Positions 48,412 through 58,411 are shown, numbered from the stretch's first letter. The stretch: DNA of 64,000 nt from a virus (IMGVR_UViG_3300027125_000001), one strand, 5' to 3'. A program made the numbers and translations. The notes: generated from the letters alone by a model not told the origin.

Positions 48412-48682
48412 ATAATGTCACAATGACACAAGATCCTCGCCTCCAACAAATTCGCAAGATCAGAAAACATATCGACAGTGACTCATTCCTGAAGTATGGT
48501 TTCTGGTATACAATACCAGACGATTACAAAATCTATAGTCAAAAAGAACAACTCTTATTCAACACATATCTGAAGTGTCGATTCTATATTCAGTATCTGT
48601 TTCGGAATATATGCAATCCATCTGCTTGGTGATGTATGATAAAAACTGTTGATTCACACATAACCCTATTTTATATTAATTC

Positions 48683-49474
48683 ATGGAAGTCAGACTTGTA
48701 ACAAAAACAACAGGCGTCGCCGAATTCACAGACAAGAGCATCGATGAGATCCTTGTCGGGATTGCTAGAATCTCCTCTTCAAGAGAAGTCAATGAACTGT
48801 TTACGGAGCCGCACAAGCTCCTAAGGCATTGTCTCCGAGAAGGTCATTGGTCGGTATTCGCAATGGCAAACTTGGGTATCGAAATCATCACCAGCAGAGC
48901 AATCGGTCGGGAACTACTTCGTCATTGGAGTCTTCAACCACAAGAGCTCAGCCAGCGATATAAGGCAGTCTCTGAATTCGAACCAATCGAGATTAGAGCG
49001 CAATGCACTAACAATAGGCAATCATCGACGGATCTCATCAATCCAGTATTGTTTAAGAGTGCAGATGATATGTATACAGATGAGAGTAGACATGCGTCAG
49101 AAGCGATTGAAGATCATCTCAACCAAACACGAGAGCTATACCAGGAACTCATTAAGAATGGAGTAGCGAAGGAATGTGCACGAATGGTGATGCCAGAGGC
49201 AACACAGACAAAGATTGTCTTCAATGGCAAAGTGCGAGATTGGATTACGACACTCAACAAACGCCTATACAAGACTACACAAAAAGAATGCCGTGAAGTA
49301 GCAGAAGCCATCCGGGATCTTTTCATTGCAGAGTGCCCTGTCATCTCAAAGATGCTTTGGAATTTCGAGGATGCCCATGATATCGAAATCCTTGAACGCC
49401 TCATCCTCGACAGATACGGTGTATATGATATGGTAAAGAAAAACAACTTCAAACGACTTAATCTGGCTGCTTGA
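48683..49474 (+). CDS. thyX: flavin-dependent thymidylate synthase
   Basis: ThyX signature region RHWSLQPQELSQRY (RH(R)x7S...SQRY) and HxSVFAMANL segment; 263 aa. Confidence 0.7.
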   Translation: MEVRLVTKTTGVAEFTDKSIDEILVGIARISSSREVNELFTEPHKLLRHCLREGHWSVFAMANLGIEIITSRAIGRELLRHWSLQPQELSQRYKAVSEFEPIEIRAQCTNNRQSSTDLINPVLFKSADDMYTDESRHASEAIEDHLNQTRELYQELIKNGVAKECARMVMPEATQTKIVFNGKVRDWITTLNKRLYKTTQKECREVAEAIRDLFIAECPVISKMLWNFEDAHDIEILERLILDRYGVYDMVKKNNFKRLNLAA

Positions 49475-49475
49475 T

Positions 49476-50180
49476 ATGACAAAAGATAAAATTATTATTG
49501 CTGGAGACATTCACGGAGATGTTGGTCTTTTTGCTATTAAGCTTAAGCGAAATCAAATCGAGAATGCTCATATCATCCATGTGGGGGATTTTGGTATTGG
49601 TTTCTTTGAGGATCATGAGTACCCAAAATTACTCAAACCACTTCACAAGTTCCTTGCTGAATCGAATAGTCACTTGTATGTCATTCGTGGAAACCATGAT
49701 GACCCAGGATACTTTAATACTAGGAAGACAATAGGAGGGTATGACAATATCGAATTGCTCCCCGACTATACTGTTCTTGAATTGCTTGGTAAGAAAATTC
49801 TTCTTGTAGGCGGTGCAGTATCGATTGATCGGATTGATAGATATAATACTAGCATTCCTACTTGGTGGAAAAATGAAACGTTCTATCTTAATGAGAATTT
49901 TGCATACGAAACATACGATGCTGTAGTAACTCATACCCGCCCCCCGATCTCGGGTCTTTTTGGTATTAATAACTTTGTCAAATCGATGATGGTGGCTGAT
50001 AAAGATCTGGAACAGGATCTCAAGATTGAAAATGAAGATATGGATAAGCTGTATCAACTAACTAAACCAAAGCATTGGTTCTTTGGTCACTTCCATGAAT
50101 CAGCAACCGCATTCGTTGAGAATACCAAATTCCGCTGCGTTGATTGCCATGAAGCGTATATGTACCACTACACTGAATAA
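49476..50180 (+). CDS. calcineurin-like metallophosphoesterase
   Basis: GDIHGD, HVGDFGIG, VIRGNHDDP motifs. Confidence 0.6.
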   Translation: MTKDKIIIAGDIHGDVGLFAIKLKRNQIENAHIIHVGDFGIGFFEDHEYPKLLKPLHKFLAESNSHLYVIRGNHDDPGYFNTRKTIGGYDNIELLPDYTVLELLGKKILLVGGAVSIDRIDRYNTSIPTWWKNETFYLNENFAYETYDAVVTHTRPPISGLFGINNFVKSMMVADKDLEQDLKIENEDMDKLYQLTKPKHWFFGHFHESATAFVENTKFRCVDCHEAYMYHYTE

Positions 50181-50280
50181 TTATGATTGAACTAACACTG
50201 AACGTGCTCTTGCAACTATGTCCTCTGGATATTAGTATCTTCGGTCCCATCATGGATAAGATGTTGGACACGATTTATAT

Positions 50281-50517
50281 ATGCTAAACACACTTCACAA
50301 ATGGAATGCAGATACTTTGGATCGGTTAGAAGCGATTATTCAACAAATTCGCATTGACCACACAGATCCAAAATCTGCATCCATTTGTGATCTTATTTTG
50401 TCAAATATCAAAATAGCAAAGGTGAATGATGTCGAATACTATGGAGATGATATTGAATATATTCACATGACAAACGATCAATTAAAGAACCTCACAAATT
50501 TGCTTATTCCTAAATGA
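50281..50517 (+). CDS. hypothetical protein
   Basis: 78-aa ORF. Confidence 0.35.
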   Translation: MLNTLHKWNADTLDRLEAIIQQIRIDHTDPKSASICDLILSNIKIAKVNDVEYYGDDIEYIHMTNDQLKNLTNLLIPK

Positions 50518-51272
50518 AATCAACATTCACACTTCTTCTGTGCTCGCTTCTAATAGGTTGCAGCACAGTAAGCCCAAAACCAGAGTATCGTACACCCTCA
50601 CCATCAGCGAAGGTGTACAAACCAACATCGTGGCATATTAATGATTCGAGGGATTTGAAAGAAGCAGAAAAAACATTAGACACAAAAGCAATTAACAAAG
50701 ACGGTGTATACATTCTAGACTTGAAAGGAGGTATCTTAGATGGGACTAAGCAACGAGGAGATGGAGGACAAAGTGAAACACAGGAACCGCTATTTGTAGC
50801 AAATATCCCTCTTGTTGTTAAAAACGGATTCGTCCGAAACAATAAGAATGCGGCGATGTTTGCTAAACCAAATTCAGGTATTGAGTATGTGACATTTCTT
50901 AATGTAGGCGAAGATGCGGTCTCTACAAGCATCAAAGCAAAGAACTTCAAAGTATCTTATTGTGAATTCATGAACAGCAACAAAGGAGATAAGTCAATTC
51001 AACTCAACCAGGCAGATGGTGCAGTGATTAACAACAACATAATCTATGGTGGTATCACTGGAGTTCGAGTTCATGAATCGTCTTGGGCGAACAGCGATAG
51101 CTTAGCTACATGCAGTAAGAACACGTTTATTGGCACGGATACTGCATGGAATGTTTCCAAAGGAATTCTAGAAGTAAAGGATAGTAACACATACAATAAT
51201 GTTCGGATTCCATTCAAAACAAGCAAGGGGGCTACCATCAAAAATGCAGATGGCAAAGTTGTTGAGGACTGA
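50514..51272 (+). CDS. lipoprotein with parallel-beta-helix-like repeats (possible polysaccharide lyase/hydrolase)
   Basis: Signal plus lipobox LLIGC; repeated NNxIxYGGITGV-type segments. Confidence 0.4.
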   Translation: MKSTFTLLLCSLLIGCSTVSPKPEYRTPSPSAKVYKPTSWHINDSRDLKEAEKTLDTKAINKDGVYILDLKGGILDGTKQRGDGGQSETQEPLFVANIPLVVKNGFVRNNKNAAMFAKPNSGIEYVTFLNVGEDAVSTSIKAKNFKVSYCEFMNSNKGDKSIQLNQADGAVINNNIIYGGITGVRVHESSWANSDSLATCSKNTFIGTDTAWNVSKGILEVKDSNTYNNVRIPFKTSKGATIKNADGKVVED

Positions 51273-51322
51273 GCAAACACCTGTTGATTTGAAAACAACC
51301 ACAATTTATAGTAAGTAAACAT

Positions 51323-51598
51323 ATGAGCAAGCTAATTCTGATGCTAATCACTGCACTGACATTGTCAAGTTGTAACACTATTAAACCAACAGTCGAGGGA
51401 CTCGCCGACGAAGCAAAGGTCAACGGATCGATCGATGCGAAGATAGGACAGACAGATAATGGATACGGTGCATCAGTTGGTGCATCTACAAAGATTTATC
51501 GGGTCAAGCCATACTTTAATATCGGCATTGGGTTCTCATGGATTCCAAAAGCAATCACCCCTCTGCCAGAAGATCCGCTTCCACTTCCCACCAAGTGA
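51323..51598 (+). CDS. small lipoprotein
   Basis: MSKLILMLITALTLSSC lipoprotein signal; 91 aa. Confidence 0.4.
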   Translation: MSKLILMLITALTLSSCNTIKPTVEGLADEAKVNGSIDAKIGQTDNGYGASVGASTKIYRVKPYFNIGIGFSWIPKAITPLPEDPLPLPTK

Positions 51599-51642
51599 AT
51601 TAAATGTTATAAAGACATTTGATGACAGGTGCAAATAAATAA

Positions 51643-52179
51643 ATGTTAGAACGCCTAATTGACGCCCTAATAAGTTGCTGGTATTATCTAAAGCCAGCGG
51701 TAGTTATACCTGCGTACAGCGAAGCAGTTGTATTTCGTTTAGGGAAATATCACAGAACACTCAAACCCGGAATACACTTTAAGTTCCCCGTAATTGATGA
51801 AATACATGAGTACTACACTGTCATCACTACAATTAGTTTGCCACCCCAATCCCTTTTCATTCAAAAAAGTAAAACAAATTTAGTTGTCAAGGGTGTTATA
51901 AAATATAAAATTGTCGATGGCAAAACATTCTTCTTAACAGCGAACGCCGCGAAGGATGCACTCGCTGATGTGACACAAGGTATTATTAAAAGAGTTCTTA
52001 CAGAATCGAATCTAGACGAATGTTTCAGTAATACTATTGATCGGCAGCTTACAAAACATGCAGCGTCAGAAGCAAAGAAATGGGGTGTTGAGGTTCAAGC
52101 AGTTACGTTAACTGACATAGCACCTATCCGCAGCTACAGACTGTTTAATGAAACGTCTCCAGATTTCAAATATGATTAA
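51643..52179 (+). CDS. SPFH/Band-7 (prohibitin-like) domain protein
   Basis: N-terminal TM segment followed by EAVVFRLGKYHRTLKPGIHFKFPVIDEI, as in SPFH domains. Confidence 0.45.
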   Translation: MLERLIDALISCWYYLKPAVVIPAYSEAVVFRLGKYHRTLKPGIHFKFPVIDEIHEYYTVITTISLPPQSLFIQKSKTNLVVKGVIKYKIVDGKTFFLTANAAKDALADVTQGIIKRVLTESNLDECFSNTIDRQLTKHAASEAKKWGVEVQAVTLTDIAPIRSYRLFNETSPDFKYD

Positions 52180-52184
52180 AAATT

Positions 52185-52640
52185 ATGAAGAGTATATTAT
52201 TATCATTAGTGTTGGCGATATCTTCGCTGTCATGCAACGGAGCTGATATCCACATTAAGACGACTGCGTATACTCATACAGAAAAGGATCATATTAGGTA
52301 CAAAAGTAAAACAGCATTAGGAACTCCTCTTGGCGTTACATCTGCTGCATCTGACTGGTCTGTCTTTCCAGCAGGAACTATTTTATTGATTGACAATAAA
52401 AGATATGTCATCACCGACTATGGGTCTGCATTGGTAAAGCCTGTTGGCGCAACGCCAGTGGTTGATATCTATCAGCCTTCAAAAAGTGCTATGCGCCGAT
52501 GGGGTGTAAAGTTCTTTAATATCAAAGTGCTTAAATGGGGTAGCCTAAAAGCATCCGCAGATATCCTGAAATCACGCCTTAGATATAGACATTGTAGAAT
52601 AATGTACGAACGCATATTATCCAAGATTCGACGGAAGTAA
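52185..52640 (+). CDS. secreted 3D-domain protein (MltA/RlpA-like peptidoglycan-binding or -cleaving fold)
   Basis: Signal peptide; GTILLIDNKRYVITDYGSAL...VDIY matches the 3D-domain conserved-Asp pattern. Confidence 0.45.
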   Translation: MKSILLSLVLAISSLSCNGADIHIKTTAYTHTEKDHIRYKSKTALGTPLGVTSAASDWSVFPAGTILLIDNKRYVITDYGSALVKPVGATPVVDIYQPSKSAMRRWGVKFFNIKVLKWGSLKASADILKSRLRYRHCRIMYERILSKIRRK

Positions 52641-52812
52641 GTAGTTTCTATAATGAAACTTTTCCTTGCTTCGATTTTATTTTTCCTAACCAGTTGTAGT
52701 GCTATCCATAAAATGGAATACAACAAATTGTCTGAAACAAACAAACAGGTTTACGATTGTTTGAATGACAATTTTCACCATAATGAAAAAATACAAATAA
52801 TTAAATACTTCA

Positions 52813-53163
52813 ATGAATCCCCTTAATGATTTCGGAAATGCAACGATATATGTCTATCATGAAGATGGGCACTATGCCGAACGAAGTTTCTCCAGAAGAA
52901 GCTACGACACATTAACAGCACGATATGATAGGTTCCAAGGCTGGGTGTCTCCATATAGAGATATTGTATATTGGAATCGAGTCTATCGCATAGGCAATAA
53001 CAGACCAACAGTGGTGCCCGACCATATCGTCGTATGGAAACAAGGGGATGCAACTGAGTATAAATACAACAAAGTTGTCATGTCGTTTGTCAATAAAATT
53101 TTGTCATGGATCCCACGAAAATGGGCAGTTCGACATAAAAGATGGCGCTGGCTTAAATGCTAA
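52813..53163 (+). CDS. hypothetical protein
   Basis: 116-aa ORF. Confidence 0.35.
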   Translation: MNPLNDFGNATIYVYHEDGHYAERSFSRRSYDTLTARYDRFQGWVSPYRDIVYWNRVYRIGNNRPTVVPDHIVVWKQGDATEYKYNKVVMSFVNKILSWIPRKWAVRHKRWRWLKC

Positions 53164-53203
53164 AATAGTTGATACACATCACACCTCGAGCTATATTAAC
53201 TAC

Positions 53204-54229
53204 ATGAAGCTCGCCTCTATTGAAACCATCGCTGCTGTCAAACATCATCCCAATGCAGATTCGTTGGATCTCGTTGGAGTTCTAGGATATGAATGCATCA
53301 CTCTTAAAGACAAATATAAGGTAGGTGATCGTGTAGTCTTTATCCAGCCCGATACTGTTCTTCCAGATAAGCCCTGGGCTGAAATCTTTAAGAAAAAGTC
53401 GTCGCGAGTCAAAGCTATCAAGCTTCGAGGCGAATGGTCGTTTGGTATTATCATGGGACTTACCGAAGTAGACTCGTTATTCGATCTTCAAAATGTCGAA
53501 GTTGGTACTGAGATTAGTTCCCATATTGGGGTATATAAGTACGACCCACCTGCTCCAACCTCTCTGGATGCTAAAGGGAATCTGCCGTATAGTCTGGTGA
53601 AGACTGACGAAGAACGATTCCAGAACCTTATCGGGTTTCTCCCGTATGGTGAAAAGGTTGATGTCACCCTGAAGATTGATGGGCAAAGTGCTACTTACTA
53701 CGCACGCAAAGATCCGTCGACCGGAGAATGGTCTACTGGTGTTACTAGTCGCAATCTAGAAATCAAACCAGAAACTAATAACAACTATACCAAGATCGTG
53801 AAGAAATACAATATTCTCGAGAAGCTTCTTGAGTATTGCAAACGGAACGACGTATCACTTGCTCTTCGAGGTGAAATCTATGGAGGCAATATCCAAAATT
53901 TCAGCAAGAACCCACACAGCAAAGGTCCCTTGGACTTTGCCGTATTCAGTGTCTTCAATCTTAATACCCTGAAGTATGAAAAGGAAGGCGACGCTGATTA
54001 CTCCCCGAACGTGGCGGCTGTATTACAAATTCCTCATGTGCCGTTTGTAAACGACAATTACACTGTTGACTTTGAACACTCTGTGAGGCCGTTGCTATCC
54101 GAAGATATGATTAACTTCTACCAAAAAGGAATCAATCAAATCGATGGCAAACCCTTTGAAGGTGTAGTAGTTCGACACAGCAAAGGTTCGTTCAAGATCA
54201 TCAATCTCGATTACGACTCAAACAAATAA
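53204..54229 (+). CDS. KxDG nucleotidyltransferase-family ligase (putative RNA ligase) with N-terminal tRNA-binding-like OB domain
   Basis: N-terminal AAVKHHPNADSLDLVGV...KVGDRVVFIQPDTVLP resembles Myf/EMAP tRNA-binding OB domains; motif I VTLKIDGQSATYYA; ORF open from 53048, start ATG 53204 chosen. Confidence 0.4.
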   Translation: MKLASIETIAAVKHHPNADSLDLVGVLGYECITLKDKYKVGDRVVFIQPDTVLPDKPWAEIFKKKSSRVKAIKLRGEWSFGIIMGLTEVDSLFDLQNVEVGTEISSHIGVYKYDPPAPTSLDAKGNLPYSLVKTDEERFQNLIGFLPYGEKVDVTLKIDGQSATYYARKDPSTGEWSTGVTSRNLEIKPETNNNYTKIVKKYNILEKLLEYCKRNDVSLALRGEIYGGNIQNFSKNPHSKGPLDFAVFSVFNLNTLKYEKEGDADYSPNVAAVLQIPHVPFVNDNYTVDFEHSVRPLLSEDMINFYQKGINQIDGKPFEGVVVRHSKGSFKIINLDYDSNK

Positions 54230-54391
54230 GCATAAATGTTTGCTGATAAGCAAACCCGATTGTATTGTATTAAACAGAAAAGCAATGCCAACCACAATAC
54301 CAACAAAGCCGCCGGCACCAACTAAACCAGCGAAACCGTTCAATCCAATCCGTAAACCAAGCCCAGGGCAACACCCGAAACCAAAAGCGTA

Positions 54392-55459
54392 ATGAATACT
54401 AAAAATACATTTGAGTCGATGACCACTAACGTCAAGTATAGTTATGCAAACAGCGAGCGGCTGGCTCTTGTTTCCGAACACGAGTCCAAGCGCTACGGGA
54501 TTGATCCTATGCTGATGGCGTCGAAGCATTACACCGATCTCGTCAATAAAGTTCTACACTACTCGAAGGCTCCAAGCATCAATCTCATGGAAATGCTTTT
54601 CCAGATGAAGAATGGAGTCAAGATCGCTTACGATCGAGAGAAGGAACATCGTGATGAGCTTTCTCGACTTGCATTGAATACGATTCTAAACATGGAAGAG
54701 TTCAAGTTCATTCGGGATATGATTCAGGATGGAGATCTCAAGATCGATGCGAAGCTTGTAGATATGGATGCACTCGATATCAATGCTGACATGGATGAAC
54801 TTCCGGAGAAAGAAGAAGATCCGGAGATTCGGTTTAGTCTGGCGGAAGTGATGTTTGATGATGATGAGCGGAAAGCTCGGAAAGTCCTCGCAAACAGCAT
54901 TGCTCAAGGCTCAGCACTCAATACACAATATGCGTTTCACTTGGTTGAAGATGAACTAGAACGGCTTGGTTGTGCTTCACCGAATGTATATGGGTTTGTC
55001 ATGTCATACGCAACACTGCTGTATTACACCATGCCAGATGGAATGCCTCCTATGGGAGCCGAACAAGGCGGTCAAGTCGATGTGGCAGAAGATGAAGAAG
55101 GGACGTATGTGATCAAAGCCCGTGGTGTGATCTTCCCAGTACTCCTTCAAGAAATTGTCAAAGGTATTTATCAATATGTTTCTTTGACGGATGGATTGCG
55201 TGATGCAGAAGAAGGAGATGTAGCTTCGGAAATCAACGATATCATCGTGGGGCCTGAAATTGCTAACCTGTTCCGCAAATATATCAAGGAAGACGAATTG
55301 AAATACGTGGTCCCAGCGTTTCAGCAGATGCTCATTACACTGGATTCGGATGAGATCAAGGAAATCTTTACAGCTGAATGCGATAAGAATCCCCTCCGTG
55401 CTATCATCGATAGCATGAAGGAAGAGGAAGAAGATTGTGGTCGCCAATTTGATAGTTGA
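54392..55459 (+). CDS. hypothetical acidic protein
   Basis: 355-aa ORF. Confidence 0.45.
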   Translation: MNTKNTFESMTTNVKYSYANSERLALVSEHESKRYGIDPMLMASKHYTDLVNKVLHYSKAPSINLMEMLFQMKNGVKIAYDREKEHRDELSRLALNTILNMEEFKFIRDMIQDGDLKIDAKLVDMDALDINADMDELPEKEEDPEIRFSLAEVMFDDDERKARKVLANSIAQGSALNTQYAFHLVEDELERLGCASPNVYGFVMSYATLLYYTMPDGMPPMGAEQGGQVDVAEDEEGTYVIKARGVIFPVLLQEIVKGIYQYVSLTDGLRDAEEGDVASEINDIIVGPEIANLFRKYIKEDELKYVVPAFQQMLITLDSDEIKEIFTAECDKNPLRAIIDSMKEEEEDCGRQFDS

Positions 55460-55490
55460 GCAACAACACACCACGTAGTATATTTGTTAT

Positions 55491-55745
55491 ATGAAATGCA
55501 ACTGCGGCAATCCAATCGAACAAGAGCGTCTTGAATTCAAATTGAGCACCTGCGTCCGATGTGCTCGAAGTCAACCTCAAGAGCGACCTCGCGGCATTAT
55601 GTTGTACGGTCACAAGACCGCCGGAGAAATCCAGATTGTCTCTCAAGAGGCATTTCAGGATTATCGAAAGTATAATCCTTGTGGTCGGTATACTGGTCGT
55701 GGATCGGGGCTTCACCGTGTTTCTAGATCCACAGCCAGTATTTAA
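55491..55745 (+). CDS. TraR/DksA-type C4 zinc-finger protein
   Basis: CNCGNPIEQERLEFKLSTCVRCA. Confidence 0.35.
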   Translation: MKCNCGNPIEQERLEFKLSTCVRCARSQPQERPRGIMLYGHKTAGEIQIVSQEAFQDYRKYNPCGRYTGRGSGLHRVSRSTASI

Positions 55746-55749
55746 TAAT

Positions 55750-56004
55750 ATGAATAATATGAATGATGCAAAGGTGTTTACAACTGAGGAATTGATAGGC
55801 AAAGAACTTACGACAAAACTCAAGAAGGACATTGATAAATACGAGATTCGAGGTGAGAAGGCAGACCAGATCATGCAGTGGGCATTACTGACTTTGATAA
55901 ACGCAAACATGCTCGAGATGATCCGCTCTGGTGAAGTAGATGTCGTTAATATAGAACCAGTCGAAATCCAAACATACGAAGCGGTAATAGCCAATCCAAT
56001 ATGA
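55750..56004 (+). CDS. hypothetical protein
   Basis: Listed ORF 55561..56004 trimmed to ATG 55750 to avoid overlap. Confidence 0.35.
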   Translation: MNNMNDAKVFTTEELIGKELTTKLKKDIDKYEIRGEKADQIMQWALLTLINANMLEMIRSGEVDVVNIEPVEIQTYEAVIANPI

Positions 56005-56372
56005 AATACGATCCTGTTGATTATGCTAGAGACGGTGTCGATAACGCATTTCGTTATCTCGGTCAAAAGGTAAATGGCGAATTTGCTTACACCATTTTCG
56101 ATCCAGTGCCGACAATTGGTCGAGATGAAATGTCTCGCAAATTTATTAACCATCTTGCTGAAACAGGAACACTCTATTGTGATCCACAAACCCTAAAAGA
56201 AAGTAAGTATCGTCGCCATCCATTCTTTGAATGGCTTCGAGATGCAATGCCAGATCTTAAATTCATGATGGTAACCTTTATGGACCCGTACTCATACCTC
56301 GTTACTGATGACGATGACATGCAAGAAATCACAAATGAAGCTGTCGACGAAGAAACAGAAGATGAGGATTGA
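56001..56372 (+). CDS. hypothetical protein with acidic C-terminus
   Basis: 123-aa ORF. Confidence 0.4.
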   Translation: MKYDPVDYARDGVDNAFRYLGQKVNGEFAYTIFDPVPTIGRDEMSRKFINHLAETGTLYCDPQTLKESKYRRHPFFEWLRDAMPDLKFMMVTFMDPYSYLVTDDDDMQEITNEAVDEETEDED

Positions 56373-56402
56373 TTAAAACACAACCCACTATTATAATATA
56401 AC

Positions 56403-56705
56403 ATGACAAACATCCGCATCATTCTCAACAACAAAGTCTACGAAGAAAATCAAAGAGACTACCAGATTGTGACGCAGGAATTTGAGTTTAATCTTCCTGC
56501 CAAATATGATGGAGAAGACGCTTGCGAAGCTGCATTTGCCATTACTAATGCACCCGAAGATGCACTAAGTGAGGAATGGGCTGCGATCGCGAGAGAGTAT
56601 CGTCCGTTGCGTTCGGTATCAATTGGCGATGCTGTAGTGGTCAATGGCGTTAAATACTTCTGCATGAATGTCGGGTGGAGGCCGCTGACGAAATCGTCAG
56701 ATTGA
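56403..56705 (+). CDS. hypothetical protein
   Basis: 100-aa ORF. Confidence 0.4.
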   Translation: MTNIRIILNNKVYEENQRDYQIVTQEFEFNLPAKYDGEDACEAAFAITNAPEDALSEEWAAIAREYRPLRSVSIGDAVVVNGVKYFCMNVGWRPLTKSSD

Positions 56706-56942
56706 GAATTGTGCTTAGCTAGTCGCCATGCTGTTAAGTAACAGTATATGGATTACGAAAGCATAAGCCAATTCTTAATGGAAACCTTTCATCTTACTGA
56801 TTTCGAAAGAACTTGGTTGGAATCTAGATTCTCGCTGAGTGAAGACGATGAATCGATATGGTATAAAATCCTCAAGAAATATTATCTGACAAACTAAACA
56901 ATATTTGATTAGATAACAACCACGAGGTATTGTATTATACAC

Positions 56943-57368
56943 ATGACACCAACAAACGATATCGTAGAGATTGCCAAACGCATTGCAATAAAGGCTCACG
57001 AAGGGCAATTTCGGCGAGATGGTGTTACTCCTTATATTAAACATCCCGAAGCTGTTGCATCGAGACTCACAGACAATCCAGGTGTCGAAGCAGTGGCATG
57101 GCTTCATGATGTTCTGGAAGATACGTCAGTGACAGTCGAAGATCTACGAGATCAAGGGATTTCGAACCAAATCATCGATATCGTCATCATGTTGACAAAA
57201 AAGAAAGACATTCCATACGACGAGTATATTAAAACCATTGCGTCGAACCGATTCGCAACAGAAGTCAAAATTGCAGACATGCTAGCAAATCTTAGTGATA
57301 GCCCAACAGAGGACCAAGTACTAAAGTATATGAAATCATTGCTTTATCTTCTCGACTCAAATAAATAA
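56943..57368 (+). CDS. HD-domain (p)ppGpp hydrolase-like protein (small alarmone hydrolase, RelA/SpoT-HD type)
   Basis: KAHEGQFRRDGVTPYIKHPEAVASRL...AWLHDVLEDTSVTVEDL matches the SpoT/Mesh1 HD hydrolase core (H...HD...D). Confidence 0.6.
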   Translation: MTPTNDIVEIAKRIAIKAHEGQFRRDGVTPYIKHPEAVASRLTDNPGVEAVAWLHDVLEDTSVTVEDLRDQGISNQIIDIVIMLTKKKDIPYDEYIKTIASNRFATEVKIADMLANLSDSPTEDQVLKYMKSLLYLLDSNK

Positions 57369-57386
57369 ATCTATCACACGAAACAT

Positions 57387-57462
57387 GGCCACGTAGTCCA
57401 ATGGCAGAGGCAACGGACTTAAAATCCGTAGAGTGTCGGTTCGAGTCCGACCGTGGCTACCA
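57387..57462 (+). tRNA. tRNA, anticodon UAA (Leu-type) on a class I body
   Basis: Acceptor GGCCACG/CGTGGCT (G1-U72), anticodon stem ACGGA/TCCGT, loop CTTAAAA, T-arm GTCGG-TTCGAGT-CCGAC, A73 CCA; 76 nt. Confidence 0.6.
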
Positions 57463-57463
57463 T

Positions 57464-57652
57464 TTATCGAAACGATATAACCTCCCAAGTTACTTTAAGT
57501 ACGCGAATGTCACTGCTACTACCAAGCTCCCCACAAACTCTTGATGCATGTGAATCATATAATTCTTTTGCTTCACGATGGCTATAAGCCTTGTCAATAG
57601 GTTTCCAATCGTCCATGTGATCTCGTCGTTCAATCCAATATTCAGTAATCAT
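57464..57652 (-). CDS. hypothetical small protein
   Basis: 62-aa ORF. Confidence 0.3.
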   Translation of the reverse strand: MITEYWIERRDHMDDWKPIDKAYSHREAKELYDSHASRVCGELGSSSDIRVLKVTWEVISFR

Positions 57653-57819
57653 TATTAATACTTATCACATGAAAAATAAAATTTCAATTAGCTTGCCCGT
57701 TAAAGAATGGATTGCAATCGTTGCACTTCTTGCGTTAAACCTCAAAGATGACATCCGGGAAAAAATTGAAAAGCAATTATTCGAACAGCACGACGAATAA
57801 ACATAAGTAAGTATTATCC

Positions 57820-58344
57820 ATGAGACATTATACCGAGAACAATCGTCTTTGGGAATCATACTCCCAGACTGTACAGATCGCAGAAGCAAGAGAGCTTTAT
57901 GCGGGACAAATTAGACAACTCATTGAGCAATACATTGCTGATCCATCAAGAATCGATGAAGCTTGGTGGGATAAACTCAAGGGCGCTGTTAGTGGCTTGG
58001 GAAGTGCTGCAGGAAGTGCAGTAGGGAGCGCGGCGAAGGCAGTAGGAAGAGGTGCTGCGCAAGTCGGTGCAAACATTAGCAATATTGCCAAGACGGGGGC
58101 AGCTGCAGCAGAGGCGAAGGCACAGGCAAGACAACTGACCAAACTTTTAACACAAGCAGATCAAATTATTCAAAAATTAGTGAGTCTTGACAGTAATTGG
58201 GAAGGTCTTCTAAATACAAGTCTTTCTCTTGATGATTTGAATGACGCAGCATCAAGTATTGTAGGATCGACCGCAGCGTCAGCAGGCGCAGCCCAGGCAG
58301 ACGGCTTTACTAAAGGCGCGATGAATGCAATGAGAACACCATAA
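57820..58344 (+). CDS. hypothetical Ala/Gly-rich protein
   Basis: 174-aa ORF followed by a strong terminator. Confidence 0.4.
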   Translation: MRHYTENNRLWESYSQTVQIAEARELYAGQIRQLIEQYIADPSRIDEAWWDKLKGAVSGLGSAAGSAVGSAAKAVGRGAAQVGANISNIAKTGAAAAEAKAQARQLTKLLTQADQIIQKLVSLDSNWEGLLNTSLSLDDLNDAASSIVGSTAASAGAAQADGFTKGAMNAMRTP

Positions 58345-58380
58345 GATTCAAATTCATTTTCCGAATCATATTTCATAGCA

Positions 58381-58411
58381 AAAAAGCACACTAAAACAGT
58401 GTGCTTTTTTG
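58381..58411 (+). terminator. rho-independent terminator
   Basis: AAAAGCACAC-TAAAAC-AGTGTGCTTTTTTG. Confidence 0.7.
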
